A stretch of 64,000 bases of DNA from Lepidodermella squamata (Eukaryota > Animalia > Gastrotricha): positions 186,001 to 250,000 of the forward strand of contig JBLDXI010000059.1 of NCBI GenBank assembly GCA_047495785.1, written 5' to 3'. The first letter of the stretch is position 1. Each line of letters starts with the position of its first letter. A program made the translations under genes and the position numbers. The notes below the pieces were generated by a model. The model searched no databases, had not been told where the DNA came from, and saw nothing but the letters and a program-made list of their open reading frames with translations. Positions 1-11,000 of this stretch are shown in pieces.

Positions 1-1628
1 GCAGCCAGTCAGCAGGCCACGCATTCACAGACTCAGCAATCAGCTTCCAGGCTAAGCGAGGTTCAGGGCTCGTCAAACTGGACGAAGACAGCTTGTTGAG
101 TTTTTCCAGAAAATTCACGCGCAGGCGCATTTCGCTAATCGCGTCGGCTTCCGCCTCAATCACTTCGTTCTGCTTAAACACGACAGCGCCAGGCTCTTTT
201 ATCGGCCCAGGATCAGGAGGCGATTCAATGCGGAATGTTTTAGACCGCGTGCTCTGATCGAGCGTGTTTTCTTTCTGCGCTTCATTCTCATCTTCTTCAA
301 TGACGCTGTCGACAAGGGGATTGCCAGCTTCGAACTGAATTCCAGGCGTAGTTGCAGCTGTTTCAGGGCGGCTGGGATTCAACCGCTTTCGTCGGATTAA
401 ATCAATCGCGTCGATGTTTTTTGTTATCAACTCGGCATTTCTGTTATTAAATTCGGTCATATTCTTGATGATCTCGAGGCACTGTAGTAACCGAGAAATC
501 TCGCCATCGGTAATTTGAAGCGTGTGATCTCCGGTCGCCAACGCTAAAAGCAGGTGCAAAGTGCGCCTTCGAAGTCCATGAAGCCCGTTGACTTCTAGCA
601 AGCGAATAATAGTGCTGATAACGCCGAATTTCATCAATTTCGGCTTGTTCGCTTCAAAGTCACACAGGTGGGTGAGTCCGGTTATCAACGCTTCGACCGC
701 TTCTACAGATACTTTCACGTCGCTTAGATTCTGGTTGCCTGATGCTAATGCGGCATCTAGCCAAGCGGTGATTGCCTTGATGAATACCGCTCCTACGTTT
801 TTCTCATCATTGTAATTATTCTGCGGCTTCTTGTTGTGAAGCAAGTTTAAATGGCACAAAGCCGCGAGGCACTTGACTTCCTCGTCAAGCCCGCTAATCA
901 AAATCGGGAAAATCTGAAATTTGAAGACGTAACTTTTCTGAAGGTGAAGATCAGGTAACATACGTTCATAGCGCCGGCATTAATCATTTCTACCGTGTGG
1001 TCGGGCGTTTTCAGCAAGTTCAGCAGCAATTGGAGACAGCTTTTCGTCAAGAAATTGTTGGGAGCCCCTGCACCCTGCGTCATAGCTGGGTTCTTTATCT
1101 CATTTGACAGGTGTTGCAACATAACTTCAACAGCTCCATGTTTCGCCAGATTCTACAAGATAGCGAATTAAAATCAGGTTATAATTATAACATGAAAATT
1201 AGGTCACATTTCCGAACGGAAAATAGTCGCTAAAATTCGCAGCACTGCCGAAAAGATTCCTTGAAAGTTTATAGAGCCCTTCGTCTTTTGGATTGAAGGA
1301 TTTAACACATTGTTTGATCAGAGCCATGACTATTTCTGAAGTAAAAAGAATGCATGTTGTGAACCTTTTGCCACTTCAACAAAAAACTACCTGCGTATCC
1401 GTTGTCGTCAAGTACAGTTGCTATTTCTTGCCGCCATGCTTTCCATTCGAAATAAGATTTCTGAATTCTCCAAACTGTTTCTCTCAGTTCAGCGTTATTC
1501 GGAGTCCTAGCAGCACTGCTGAGTTTCTGCAAGAACTTGACCCTCGACTTAGTCTCTTGTTTGGCCCCATCAAGAGAAACGATACTCTGGTTTTCGCGCG
1601 GCGTGAACGGCGCGTTTTGCTTTGCCAT
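1..1628 (-). CDS. ARM/HEAT-like helical repeat protein, 3' end outside the window (exons 1628-1391, 1335-1208, 1152-964, 913-<1)
   Basis: Three phase-consistent GT-AG introns join the exons into one frame that stays open to base 1. Motifs FGSAANFSD..NLAKHG and LITGLTHLCDFEANKPKLMKFGVISTIIRLL resemble the ARM modules of invertebrate ARM(-TIR) proteins. Confidence 0.7.
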
Positions 1629-2085
1629 TGCATTAATCTCAAACCAAACCGGCTGCTAACTCATATGTCAAATGATTTTCTCACATATCTACGCATTTAG
1701 CCCACCGTTGCAAAGGAAGCGATCGATATGTTGTGCCAAGCAACACTTATTAGCGAAGAAAGACCGTCCAGTGCGCGACATACTTCTTAGCAAAACCGAG
1801 TCCGCTAATCGAGATTATTGGACATTGCATACCTAAGTATGCGCCCTAAGTTTCCTTTATAGTACCATCAAATTATTTCTTATTTTCTGAGTTTTAATAG
1901 CAAGTTCCTGTTACCCTAGAAAATATTTGTAATATTTCAAAATAAAATGGTTTATTTTTCATCAGTCACGAAATATTGCAGACGACAGGTAAAACGACAA
2001 CAAAAATACAATTCATCTTCAAGTTGGTGATATCATGACAAAAATATTGGTACAAACACGTCTTAATAAATCGAGGTAGAAAATG

Positions 2086-3481
2086 TTACGCTCCTTTAGT
2101 GCAAGCAAGCTCAATAATCGAACCTTGCTCGTTTTTCGCGAGGTGAATACGAGGATTAGTAGCAGGGCATTCAAAAGACTCGATTCGAAATTCCGGTTTC
2201 CCACGCTGTTCGCCAGTTCCCTGAATTTTCACTAAGACAAACAAGCAATTTAACAATATTAAACGAAGAAAATATAGCTATTAATACCTTGCATTACCGG
2301 CCTTTTCGGAAACAAAATCACTAGAGCTCCACCGAGATATCTATCATTGCAATCAGCAACAGTCGTCCATTCTTCGCCGTCGAGAGATGTTGAAACGTGG
2401 AATCGATAGCGCGGGGCACAGCGGCATTCATCAAAGGCGCAATTCCTGCACTTCCCACACAGGTCATTTGACAATGGCTTCCACCCACCGGCGTAGTAAC
2501 TCGGAAATGTCAGTTTCATGGAATCAACTTGGCAAGCTCTGCCCAGCCGAACGATCACGTGATTTTCATCCGCAATGTGATGAGCGGTATACAGCTCCAT
2601 CGAATGATCACATCTAGCGGCACTGGTAATTATCGCACCGTTTAGAATACTTGCCACATTGGCTTCAGGCTCTAATAACTTGAATTTCACCCTAAAAACG
2701 AAATTAGCTACCAAGTCTTACCTAGTAAGCGTGGTTGACTAGCCGGTTGCTTCGTCAGGTCGATTTCCCAAGATGCGGCTAATCTAAATAGCTCGGCTAC
2801 TTGCGATATTGAAAGATCGTCGAGTTCAACTAGGCTGAATCGGATTAATGGCACCAGGCTGGAGTAGGAAACGGATTTTTGGTTTGCTAGCCAACGGCTA
2901 ACGGCGGTGATTATTTCAATTTCCGCTACAGCGAGTTCATCTCTACAAATAATTTTTTGAACAGCTTCTGCAGATAATCGTAAAAAATCGTCGCTTTTCA
3001 GCATATCGCTAGCGTTAGCGTCAATACAAAGAAGGCATTTATTCGAGATAGAGGCGATACCCAGCAACAAACCCACGCCGTCAAGAATTTCTAGTGCGTT
3101 GGTTTTGTTTGTTATTTCTTGAATATGTGACGAAATTGCCGCAAGGAGTTTCTCGACGTCGTACTCGTGGGCCATCAGTGCTAAATCGGCCAAGTCTATC
3201 AAGTCCATGCTGCCAAGCTCTACCTTTCCGGAATAGAAGTAATCGACCAATCTGCTGAAGATGCATGCTCGCTTGTCCGGTAATTTTATAGGTGCATTCG
3301 ACTGTGATTCTCGGAATGTTGACGTTAGCATTCTCGCAAAAACAGGCGAATGCTTTGTGAGGATGATCCGGTGTAAGCGAAATGTCTCGGTCTCGACTTC
3401 GAAAACGACGTCGCGCTCAATGTCATCCAGGAGCGCCAGTAAAACCGAAAGTAGATGGCTTTCGTGATTTACTACGCTCAT
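2086..3481 (-). CDS. BTB/POZ-BACK protein with C-terminal discoidin (F5/8C)-like domain, BTBD9-like (3 exons; introns 2721-2672 and ~2288-2233)
   Basis: BTB signature DVVFEVETETFRLHRIILTKHSPVFARML and BACK motif FLRLSAEAVQKIICRDEL. The spliced junction PRLLE-PEANVAS and YRFHVSTSLDGEEWTTVAD match BTBD9 architecture. Last exon reads VKIQGT...CTKGA*. Confidence 0.8.
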
Positions 3482-4449
3482 TTCAGGTCTAAAATACAAA
3501 ATCACACTAGCCTCAACCTTCAAATTATAGCTGTTATCTGGCGAATACTAGCTTACAATTTATATAAACAACGAATCTTCAATAACTAAAATGTCAGATC
3601 AATAAAGCCGAGAGATGAGCTTTGATTATTATTCAACTCGACACCGCCACTCAAACACAAATACATTTGAAAAATAAAATAAAATGCATCATGCGCGAAG
3701 TGGAAATATTGTTCTTTTGGATTTGAAAAATTCATGAATTAAAAATTAGATGATGACAAAGTACCTATGGGATAAAAATTTAGCGTTATCGGAGTATTGC
3801 ATTAACTATTTTATAATACATGGCGGCAATCTCAGCAGCTGATATTTGAGGGCATATAAATAAAATGGCAGCTTGAAGTAATAAAACCAGGAAAGATATC
3901 GAAAGACTGAAATTAGCGAGATAAATAGATTGTTTCAATTCAGCTAATTGGATCAAGTAGTATTTTTGCTGCTGTTTTGAGATTACAAATATTAACGTCT
4001 TCCTCACCCAGCTTGCCGCGCTATCGCGCTTCGTAGCATGTATAAAACATAAAACGCGTATTTACTTGAAATTACATGCGTGAGTAAACCATGAGTGCAA
4101 GTTGGCTCTTTCATAACAAAGCGGTACCCGCCGATTTTCAGCGATATAACCTCATTTAATAGCGTATATCGTGGATTATTCGTTCGGATTCAGGTGCTTT
4201 CTGGGTTGTTTAGTATGTTCGCTATTCTCGAGCAAACTCGGTATGTTTATATTTACAGCGTGAATAAAACAAGCCAGGTTGCCTCCAAAGAAAAACAATC
4301 ATTCCAATCAAGTGCATTAGGAAGGCATTTAAAGTCACACCAAGATGAAGAAAGACACAGAAGAGTTACCATTTCCCTTTCACCACATCATTACATCTGA
4401 TCCACAATAAAGCTGGAATTTTGCACGGCCCGTTGGGTCGTTCACATTT

Positions 4450-5410
4450 AAATAACGCACAAAGAAATGGTAATAAGTAATAAGCGTTCAGATGTTAGCC
4501 TATTCACAGGTCTCGATTTCTAGGCAAGTTGCATCCGGCTTCAAAATGTTTGACAACTTGAAAGCGTTCAACATTTCAACAAACAAGCTAAGACTGTGTG
4601 ACTAGGCTTCCGATTCTAAAACTGGAAATAGAAACTAGAAGCTAATTTACTGGAATTCAAGCACTGCTGAGTTCCTGCAAGGTCTAGGAGTTTCACTAGA
4701 CACTAGGCCGCAGAACAATGTACCATGACATTGTGCACCGAGCAGAACTATTTACCAGAATAGAGTGGAAAGTTGTACCAGAATTACTCAACATATGTTC
4801 CAATTGGACAGCTTTGACAAGGACATGCTTGTTACACACATACAAAAACGATCAGGTATAAAAAAATGAAAAAAGACATAGAAAATGTTTCAGACGTAAT
4901 CTAATTATTCGACAGCTTACTACTTCTTGTATCGGACAGAAGGAAAGAGTAGGACAATAAAGGACATTAGCAAGGACAACTTTTCCGAGCTACACTTGGA
5001 AGTGACAGCTAAGCTATTTATTAAAACCGATGACGCCCCTGGTTTACTAGTCTCCGATGGGGAGCCATAATGAGCAAAGGCGACGTTATAAATACAACAA
5101 CCAACAACAACGATCGAATGTTTGCGCCCATAGTGACAGACTAATTCAGTATCTACTTATTCGGGGAGAAAAGTAAAATAAACTTTTGCTGACTCTCATC
5201 GCAATATCTCAGTGACGTTCGTTCTGTAGGAAACAGGGATCGTTTTGCAGGAAAGCAGACCAGGGTTTTTAGGAAAGGCACGAAACTGTAGGTAGTTTGA
5301 GCAACCGAAATCACTCAAAAAGGTCAATGGGAAGGAAGATGCGCTATGGAGATGGAAGAGCCGTCTTCCGTAACGCAAGAAGACACTAATTTCAAACTAA
5401 GGAGAGGAAG
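4450..5410 (+). mobile_element. Possible heavily decayed LTR-retrotransposon integrase remnant
   Basis: PGLLVSDGEP* at ~5035-5070 resembles the integrase GxPxxLVSDNGPQF motif; purine tract near 5400; many stops. Confidence 0.25.
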
Positions 5411-5868
5411 CTAGGTCGCAAATAAGCAAAAAATTAGAAGAGCTATGATTGTCATTCAACTCATCTTCATCCTCGATTGCTGATGTTATTGATTGGCAAT
5501 GGAATAAGTAATCGAATCGTCTAGACTTAGCTTAGCTTCAAAGCGAAAACAGCGCTTTCGTTAGTTAGTTAGTTAGTTTGATTCCGTTCTCTCCTGCCAA
5601 GTTCCGATCATTAGACTCCGTTTCCTAAAAATCCCCGCTTATTTTCATACAAAAGACAAAAGTCTTCTGGTTACCTACAAAACTGATTCAACGTCTGCTT
5701 TGTGCCTAATTTTTGGATTTTTGGATTTTGAAAAAAACGCGCGCAATGATTTTCAACAAAGTTAAAAATCAATTAACAAATTAAAATTTTAAATTATTTT
5801 TCATTTAATACTGAAAATTTAATTTTTGTTTGCGCGCGTAATTCAAATTTTGAAAGTGGTTCGTGCTT

Positions 5869-5951
5869 CGTGTCACCCTTGAATTGAATGTCTAGCATGT
5901 AGATTCTTGCTTCGATGTGAACTCGATGTGAACCTCCGCTAAGGGTGACAC
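5869..5951. repeat. Short inverted repeat / tiny MITE-like hairpin
   Basis: CGTGTCACCCTT ... AAGGGTGACACG with an internal tandem (TCGATGTGAAC)x2. Confidence 0.5.
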
Positions 5952-6399
5952 GGCTTCACTATTTTGCATTAGCATAATATTGCATCCATTCCCGCGCAGC
6001 CTTGATGCTTCAAGTGGTGTTATAATGCACTGGCATGACTTGGATGACTTGGACTTCGACCTAGCCTTATGACTGAAAAATTAATTACTATCCTGATTTC
6101 TTGGCTAATTTATGAGGCTAAGGTATAAGGTATATGGTATCAACACACAACACCAGATGATTACGTTAGGAATAGCGAATAGGAGTGTAGTTTTGCCCTT
6201 GAACCCTTCGCATTCAGTGTGTGCTACTATTTTGTATTTTGTCGCCCGAAGGTCATTCGGTGCGCCCCTTGAAGTGGAAACCAGGTTTCTAAAAGTTGTC
6301 ATGTTTGATTATCAGTCCGGCTCTGTTTCTCTGTCTTATTATATCTTGCCGATTTTCAACTTTATTTACCACCTGTAGAAGTGTTCGAATTTGATTCAA

Positions 6400-7858
6400 A
6401 TGGCCGATTTACTCGAACAACCGTCGCTGGAGCGTCATTTTAAAGGGCATAGAGACACTGTTTCTTCGCTTGATTTTTCACATTCGATGAAACATGTGGC
6501 CTCTGGTTCTCATGACTCTTATGTCATGCTATGGTCAATGAAGCCGCAGATGAGAGCGTATAGATTCAATGGACATAAAGATGCAGTGATGTGCGTTCGT
6601 TTTTCACCCGAAGACCACCTACTTGCATCAGCATCCAGAGACAAAACAGTGAGGTTGTGGATCCCTAATATCCGAGGAGAATCTACAGTATTTAAAGCGC
6701 ACACAGCCACGGTGAGAAGCGTTGATTTCGCCCCCGATGGCCAATCATTCTGCACGGCTAGCGATGACAAAACTGTAAAATTGTGGACGGTTCATCGGCA
6801 AAAATTTGTCTCGTCGTATTGCAGTCACCAAAACTGGGTCCGTTGTGCTCGATTCAGCCCAGATGGAAGACTACTCGCGTCTTGTAGTGATGACAAAACA
6901 GTGAAAATCTGGGAACGCCAATCTCGCGATGCGTTGCACACTTTCTTCGAGAGTGGGGGTTTTGCCACCTCTCTGGATTTTCATCCAAGTGGAACTTGTC
7001 TCGCCGCTGCTGGATCGGACGGTACTTGCAAGATTTGGGATTTGCGAATGAACAAATTACTGCAGCATTACACTGCACACAGCCAGACAGTAAATTCTGT
7101 TAGTTTCCATCCAGGGGGTGGTTTTCTGCTCACAGCATCAGATGACGCTACTATGCGGGTCTTCGATGTGTTGGAAGGTCGTCTACTTTTCACCCTTCAT
7201 AGCCATAGAGGTCCTGTTCTTAACAGCGTGTTTTCACGCTCGGGTGACATGTTCGCATCTGGCGGAGCTGATGAGCAGGTTTGGTCCCAATGTCTTACAT
7301 TTACTTGATTCTATGGCAGTTTTTATTCAGGTGTTTGTATGGCGAATGAACGTCGACAAAAGTGTTCGTGGTGTTGGTGGCTCTAACCGCTTCAACACTG
7401 AAGGTATCGTCGTACCGCGGATGTTAAGCCCGGTGGACACTCGAAACGCTGCATCGACTGTCGTTCGCCCGCCTCCACCTCTTGAAGCAAACGGAGGCGG
7501 CATTACTGACATAGGCCCAGCCTTGTTTTCTAACGGAGGCCCAAGCTCTCATGCTGACAAAGGTCTTCACGAACTGGGCGTCACATCATCTGATCGCGAG
7601 AAGTTGAAAGATCGCTCTGTGAACGTTACTCGCTCGGCTTCGTTTGGCCGCACGAAAACGGAGCGGCTCGAACCCCGCGAAGCTACTATTCCGCCCGAAC
7701 TTTCCACCACACTCGAGCAGATCGTTTCTCAGCTTGACATCCTCACGCAAACCGTCGCTATTCTGGAGCAGCGCCTGACAATAACCGAAGACAAATTGCG
7801 AGAATGCATCGAAAACCAACAGAAAATCACTCTCCAAGTGCGGCCGCAAGATCTGTAG
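6400..7858 (+). CDS. POC1: POC1 centriolar protein (WD40 repeats plus C-terminal coiled coil); exons 6400-7278, 7331-7858
   Basis: [12 protein letters not shown] start, WD40 repeats, and POC1 C-terminus [29 protein letters not shown]; 52-nt phase-0 GT-AG intron. Confidence 0.95.
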
Positions 7859-8013
7859 CCAACGAACACTTATCATCTTATTCACGCATTTCCTCACTTT
7901 TGTACTCGCACGCATTGTTTTCGCATCACTGTTACGATTATTATGATGTTTTTATATAAACATGAAGCCAAGGGATGACCCGAAATAACCACGTTTTTGT
8001 TTATCCTAGAGAA

Positions 8014-11000
8014 ATGATTTTAACTGAGTATTTCGAGAAATGCCAAGAAGATGGGAAAAAAGTGGAGACAGTTGTTCGCGAGATGTACCATCATTTGAAA
8101 ACGATGAAGCCTAAAGAAATTGTCACTGAGCTGATGTGGCACTGGCGCCAGGTTCTCAACGCAGACGAACGAGTTACTTCTGCCCATGCGGTTGAGAAAA
8201 TCCTGGATTTTGTCACAACTGTGGTTGTTACGGCTGGGGATATCGAGAAACGATCGTTGGCTAAGAAAGGCAAGGCGCCGAACCCAGACGAGGAAGCTTG
8301 CAACGAAACATTCGAGCGATTCGCCTTTCATCTGCTTAAATCTAAAGTAAACAGTCTTGATTCAAACTTTTCACAATATTATTTCGATTTTTCATTAGTT
8401 CTTGGTAAATGACAACGCCACGGTGCGTCGGTTGTGTTGCCAAATGTTCGCGAGGCTAATGGCTGGTCTCCCGTCGGATACCGACGTCTCCGAAGAGCTG
8501 TTCACCGAAATGGCCGAGGCGATTTGCGAGCGGCTGACCGACCGATCGCCCGCCGTTCGTCAGGCGGCCGCCCGCGCTGCCTGGCGCCTGCAAGACCCGT
8601 TCGCGCCCGACTGCGCCGTCGCAACCGCCCTGGCGATAATGGCTAGCAACGACCATCACATGGGCTGCCGACTCGCCGCTATTGAGACAATCCACATTCC
8701 AACGCCGATTGGAACGCCGGCTGTCATCGGCCGACTGGCTGACACGTGCGAAAGCGTGCGCCGGGCTGCCCTGAAACGGCTGTGCCAGCGCCAGGACGGC
8801 AGTGTCATTAGCGTGCGAGTTTTGACCCCAGAACACGTCCGAACCGTGCTGGCCCGGGTTGTTTGTGAACCGTCAGCGAAACTGCGCCAATCTTACGGCC
8901 AGCAGTTGTTAATCACGCGATGGTTGGACGAAGACTGCCGCGGCGATATCTGTTCGTTTCTAGCCCTGATCAACGTCGACACTTGCCGCGATCTCGGCCG
9001 ACGTGCCCTACAGTTCATTTTCTCCGCCGAAAGCGACCGCCTTGAAAAAGTTTGCAATTCGTTTACCGTACCTGGTTTCGCTTCGAACGGAACAACCAGC
9101 ACTTCATTGACGGCTGAGCGCGTTTTCGGCTGGTCCGTCCTCCTTGACAGTATCCAGGCCGCGAAGAGCCGAGCCAGTCAGGGCATTGACAACCTGTTCT
9201 CGCGACTTTTACCCGGTTGTTTGGATGAAACTGAAAGCGAGCAGGATGAAAATGGCGAAAAGCGCCACACTTTCAATCTCGCATTTGTTAGCTACGTGTT
9301 CAACTACTTGGCTGATTTGTTCGATTCCCCGCCGAGTGATGACGTTGATCTGCATTCAGCTCTGTTCATCGGCGAGCAGTTACTCGCGATTCTACGCCAT
9401 TACTGCCGTGTGTTGGAGCAGCGTCAAGTTGAACGAGTAATTTCTATGATAACTGAAACGCTGAGTCGTGAGAAGGTTCACCCAAGATTCGTTGACCTGC
9501 TTACCAAACTCATTTGCGATTTACTAGGTAATTTTTCGAGTTTTCTCAGAGCGTAGTTGCAATGCGTTAATTTTTGTAGGCAATGGAATTCCAGCTGTGA
9601 CGCGAGTTGCCGCAATTGTCTCTGAGCTTTTGGATCCTGAACAGTCCTCGCCGAACAAAACTCGAAGCCGTCCGAAGGTCGAACCGCCGAAAGATGAGAA
9701 GCGCTCATTTGCGGAAGATCCGGAGAAATTGCGTGAAATCGAGCTTCATATCGCGTCGTTACGCGTCCGCCTCAACGAGATGCGCGACGATCTCGATGAG
9801 TTGTTGCGATTGCAGCGCTATGAGGACGCGGCTACGTGCCGTGAACGCATCGACGCTATTAAGGAGGAACTGGCCGATGCGATGGCTAATAAACTGCACA
9901 CGTCGAAGGAGCCGGAGGTGGCTGCTGAGGACGAAGAGGAGATGAGCTTAGGAACTCAACAGCTGGCTAACCAACGCCTCAGTGGTAAGCATGATTTTTC
10001 CATCCGATACTGCTTTGCCCGAACCTAGATTCCCAGTGCCGTGTATACAAATGGGATATAGTGAAATCATATCCAAATTATTAAATTCCGTACCAAATTA
10101 TTCCAATCAGTTTTAAATCCCCAAATTTATGACCTAGCCTTCTACCAAAACCTAACCCTAATCTAACCCTAACCAGTTAAATAACGAATGAAATGGTTAG
10201 GTATTAGATTAAATGAAATTTGGTACCGGCGTTAGATTTTCCCTTAACTAAGAGTCGTCTCGGTACAATTAGGCGCCTGAAGATCTGACACGGCCTTGTT
10301 ACAGTCCCAACCGTATCAAAAGTAGATTCTTAAAAATCTCGCTGCTTAAGGTTGATGACACCTCGGAGGGCTGTAGCGAGTTCTAGCAAATTAGAGTGCA
10401 CAGTTACGAAAGTAATTGATTCGTAGACATTCCCATTGCGACAGCTGAACCCCGTTGGGTAAAATAAAAATGAGCAGATTAATGACTGAAGTTATCATCT
10501 GCTCAGTGAAGTTATTCCGGCCAGCGATAAGCGATTTACAAGGACAACTGATCCGAAATATAAAAGCTGGACAGTAGACATTTACCTACAACAAATATGT
10601 TGATTTATGCAATTCGTGGATGAATCATGAAGAATCAAACTTGTGTGGTACTATCGACTCGATTTCTTCCAGTCATTCCATACTTGATTCACGGCTGATA
10701 TTGGTGATCAAGTTCCAGCACTTCTCGATCAACTTCTGCTCCATTCTTTCCGACGCATGGCTAACGAGCAGAATCATCACGCGAAGCGGAAAAGCCGGGT
10801 GCTGATCTTGCTGGCGGTAGAAGAAATCGGCGACTGTCTTATTGATCTTGCTCGTCGACAGGACGCTGAGATGCTCACCTGGGCGTAGGTAGCATGGAAC
10901 GAAATGTAGTGCCGACATATAAAAAGTTGGATCCGATAATGTCTTTAATGAGATAGACGATAGCATCGATCGTAATTAAGGCCGAGGAAGGCGAATCTCT

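Noticed and set aside
5640-5735. SL RNA or snRNA candidate (AATTTTTGG Sm-like site)
   Set aside because: No convincing donor or stem-loops; the motif is common in AT-rich DNA.
10151-10175. Telomeric repeat or interstitial telomere
   Set aside because: Only ~4 degenerate units, enclosed by subterminal inverted repeats of a small element.
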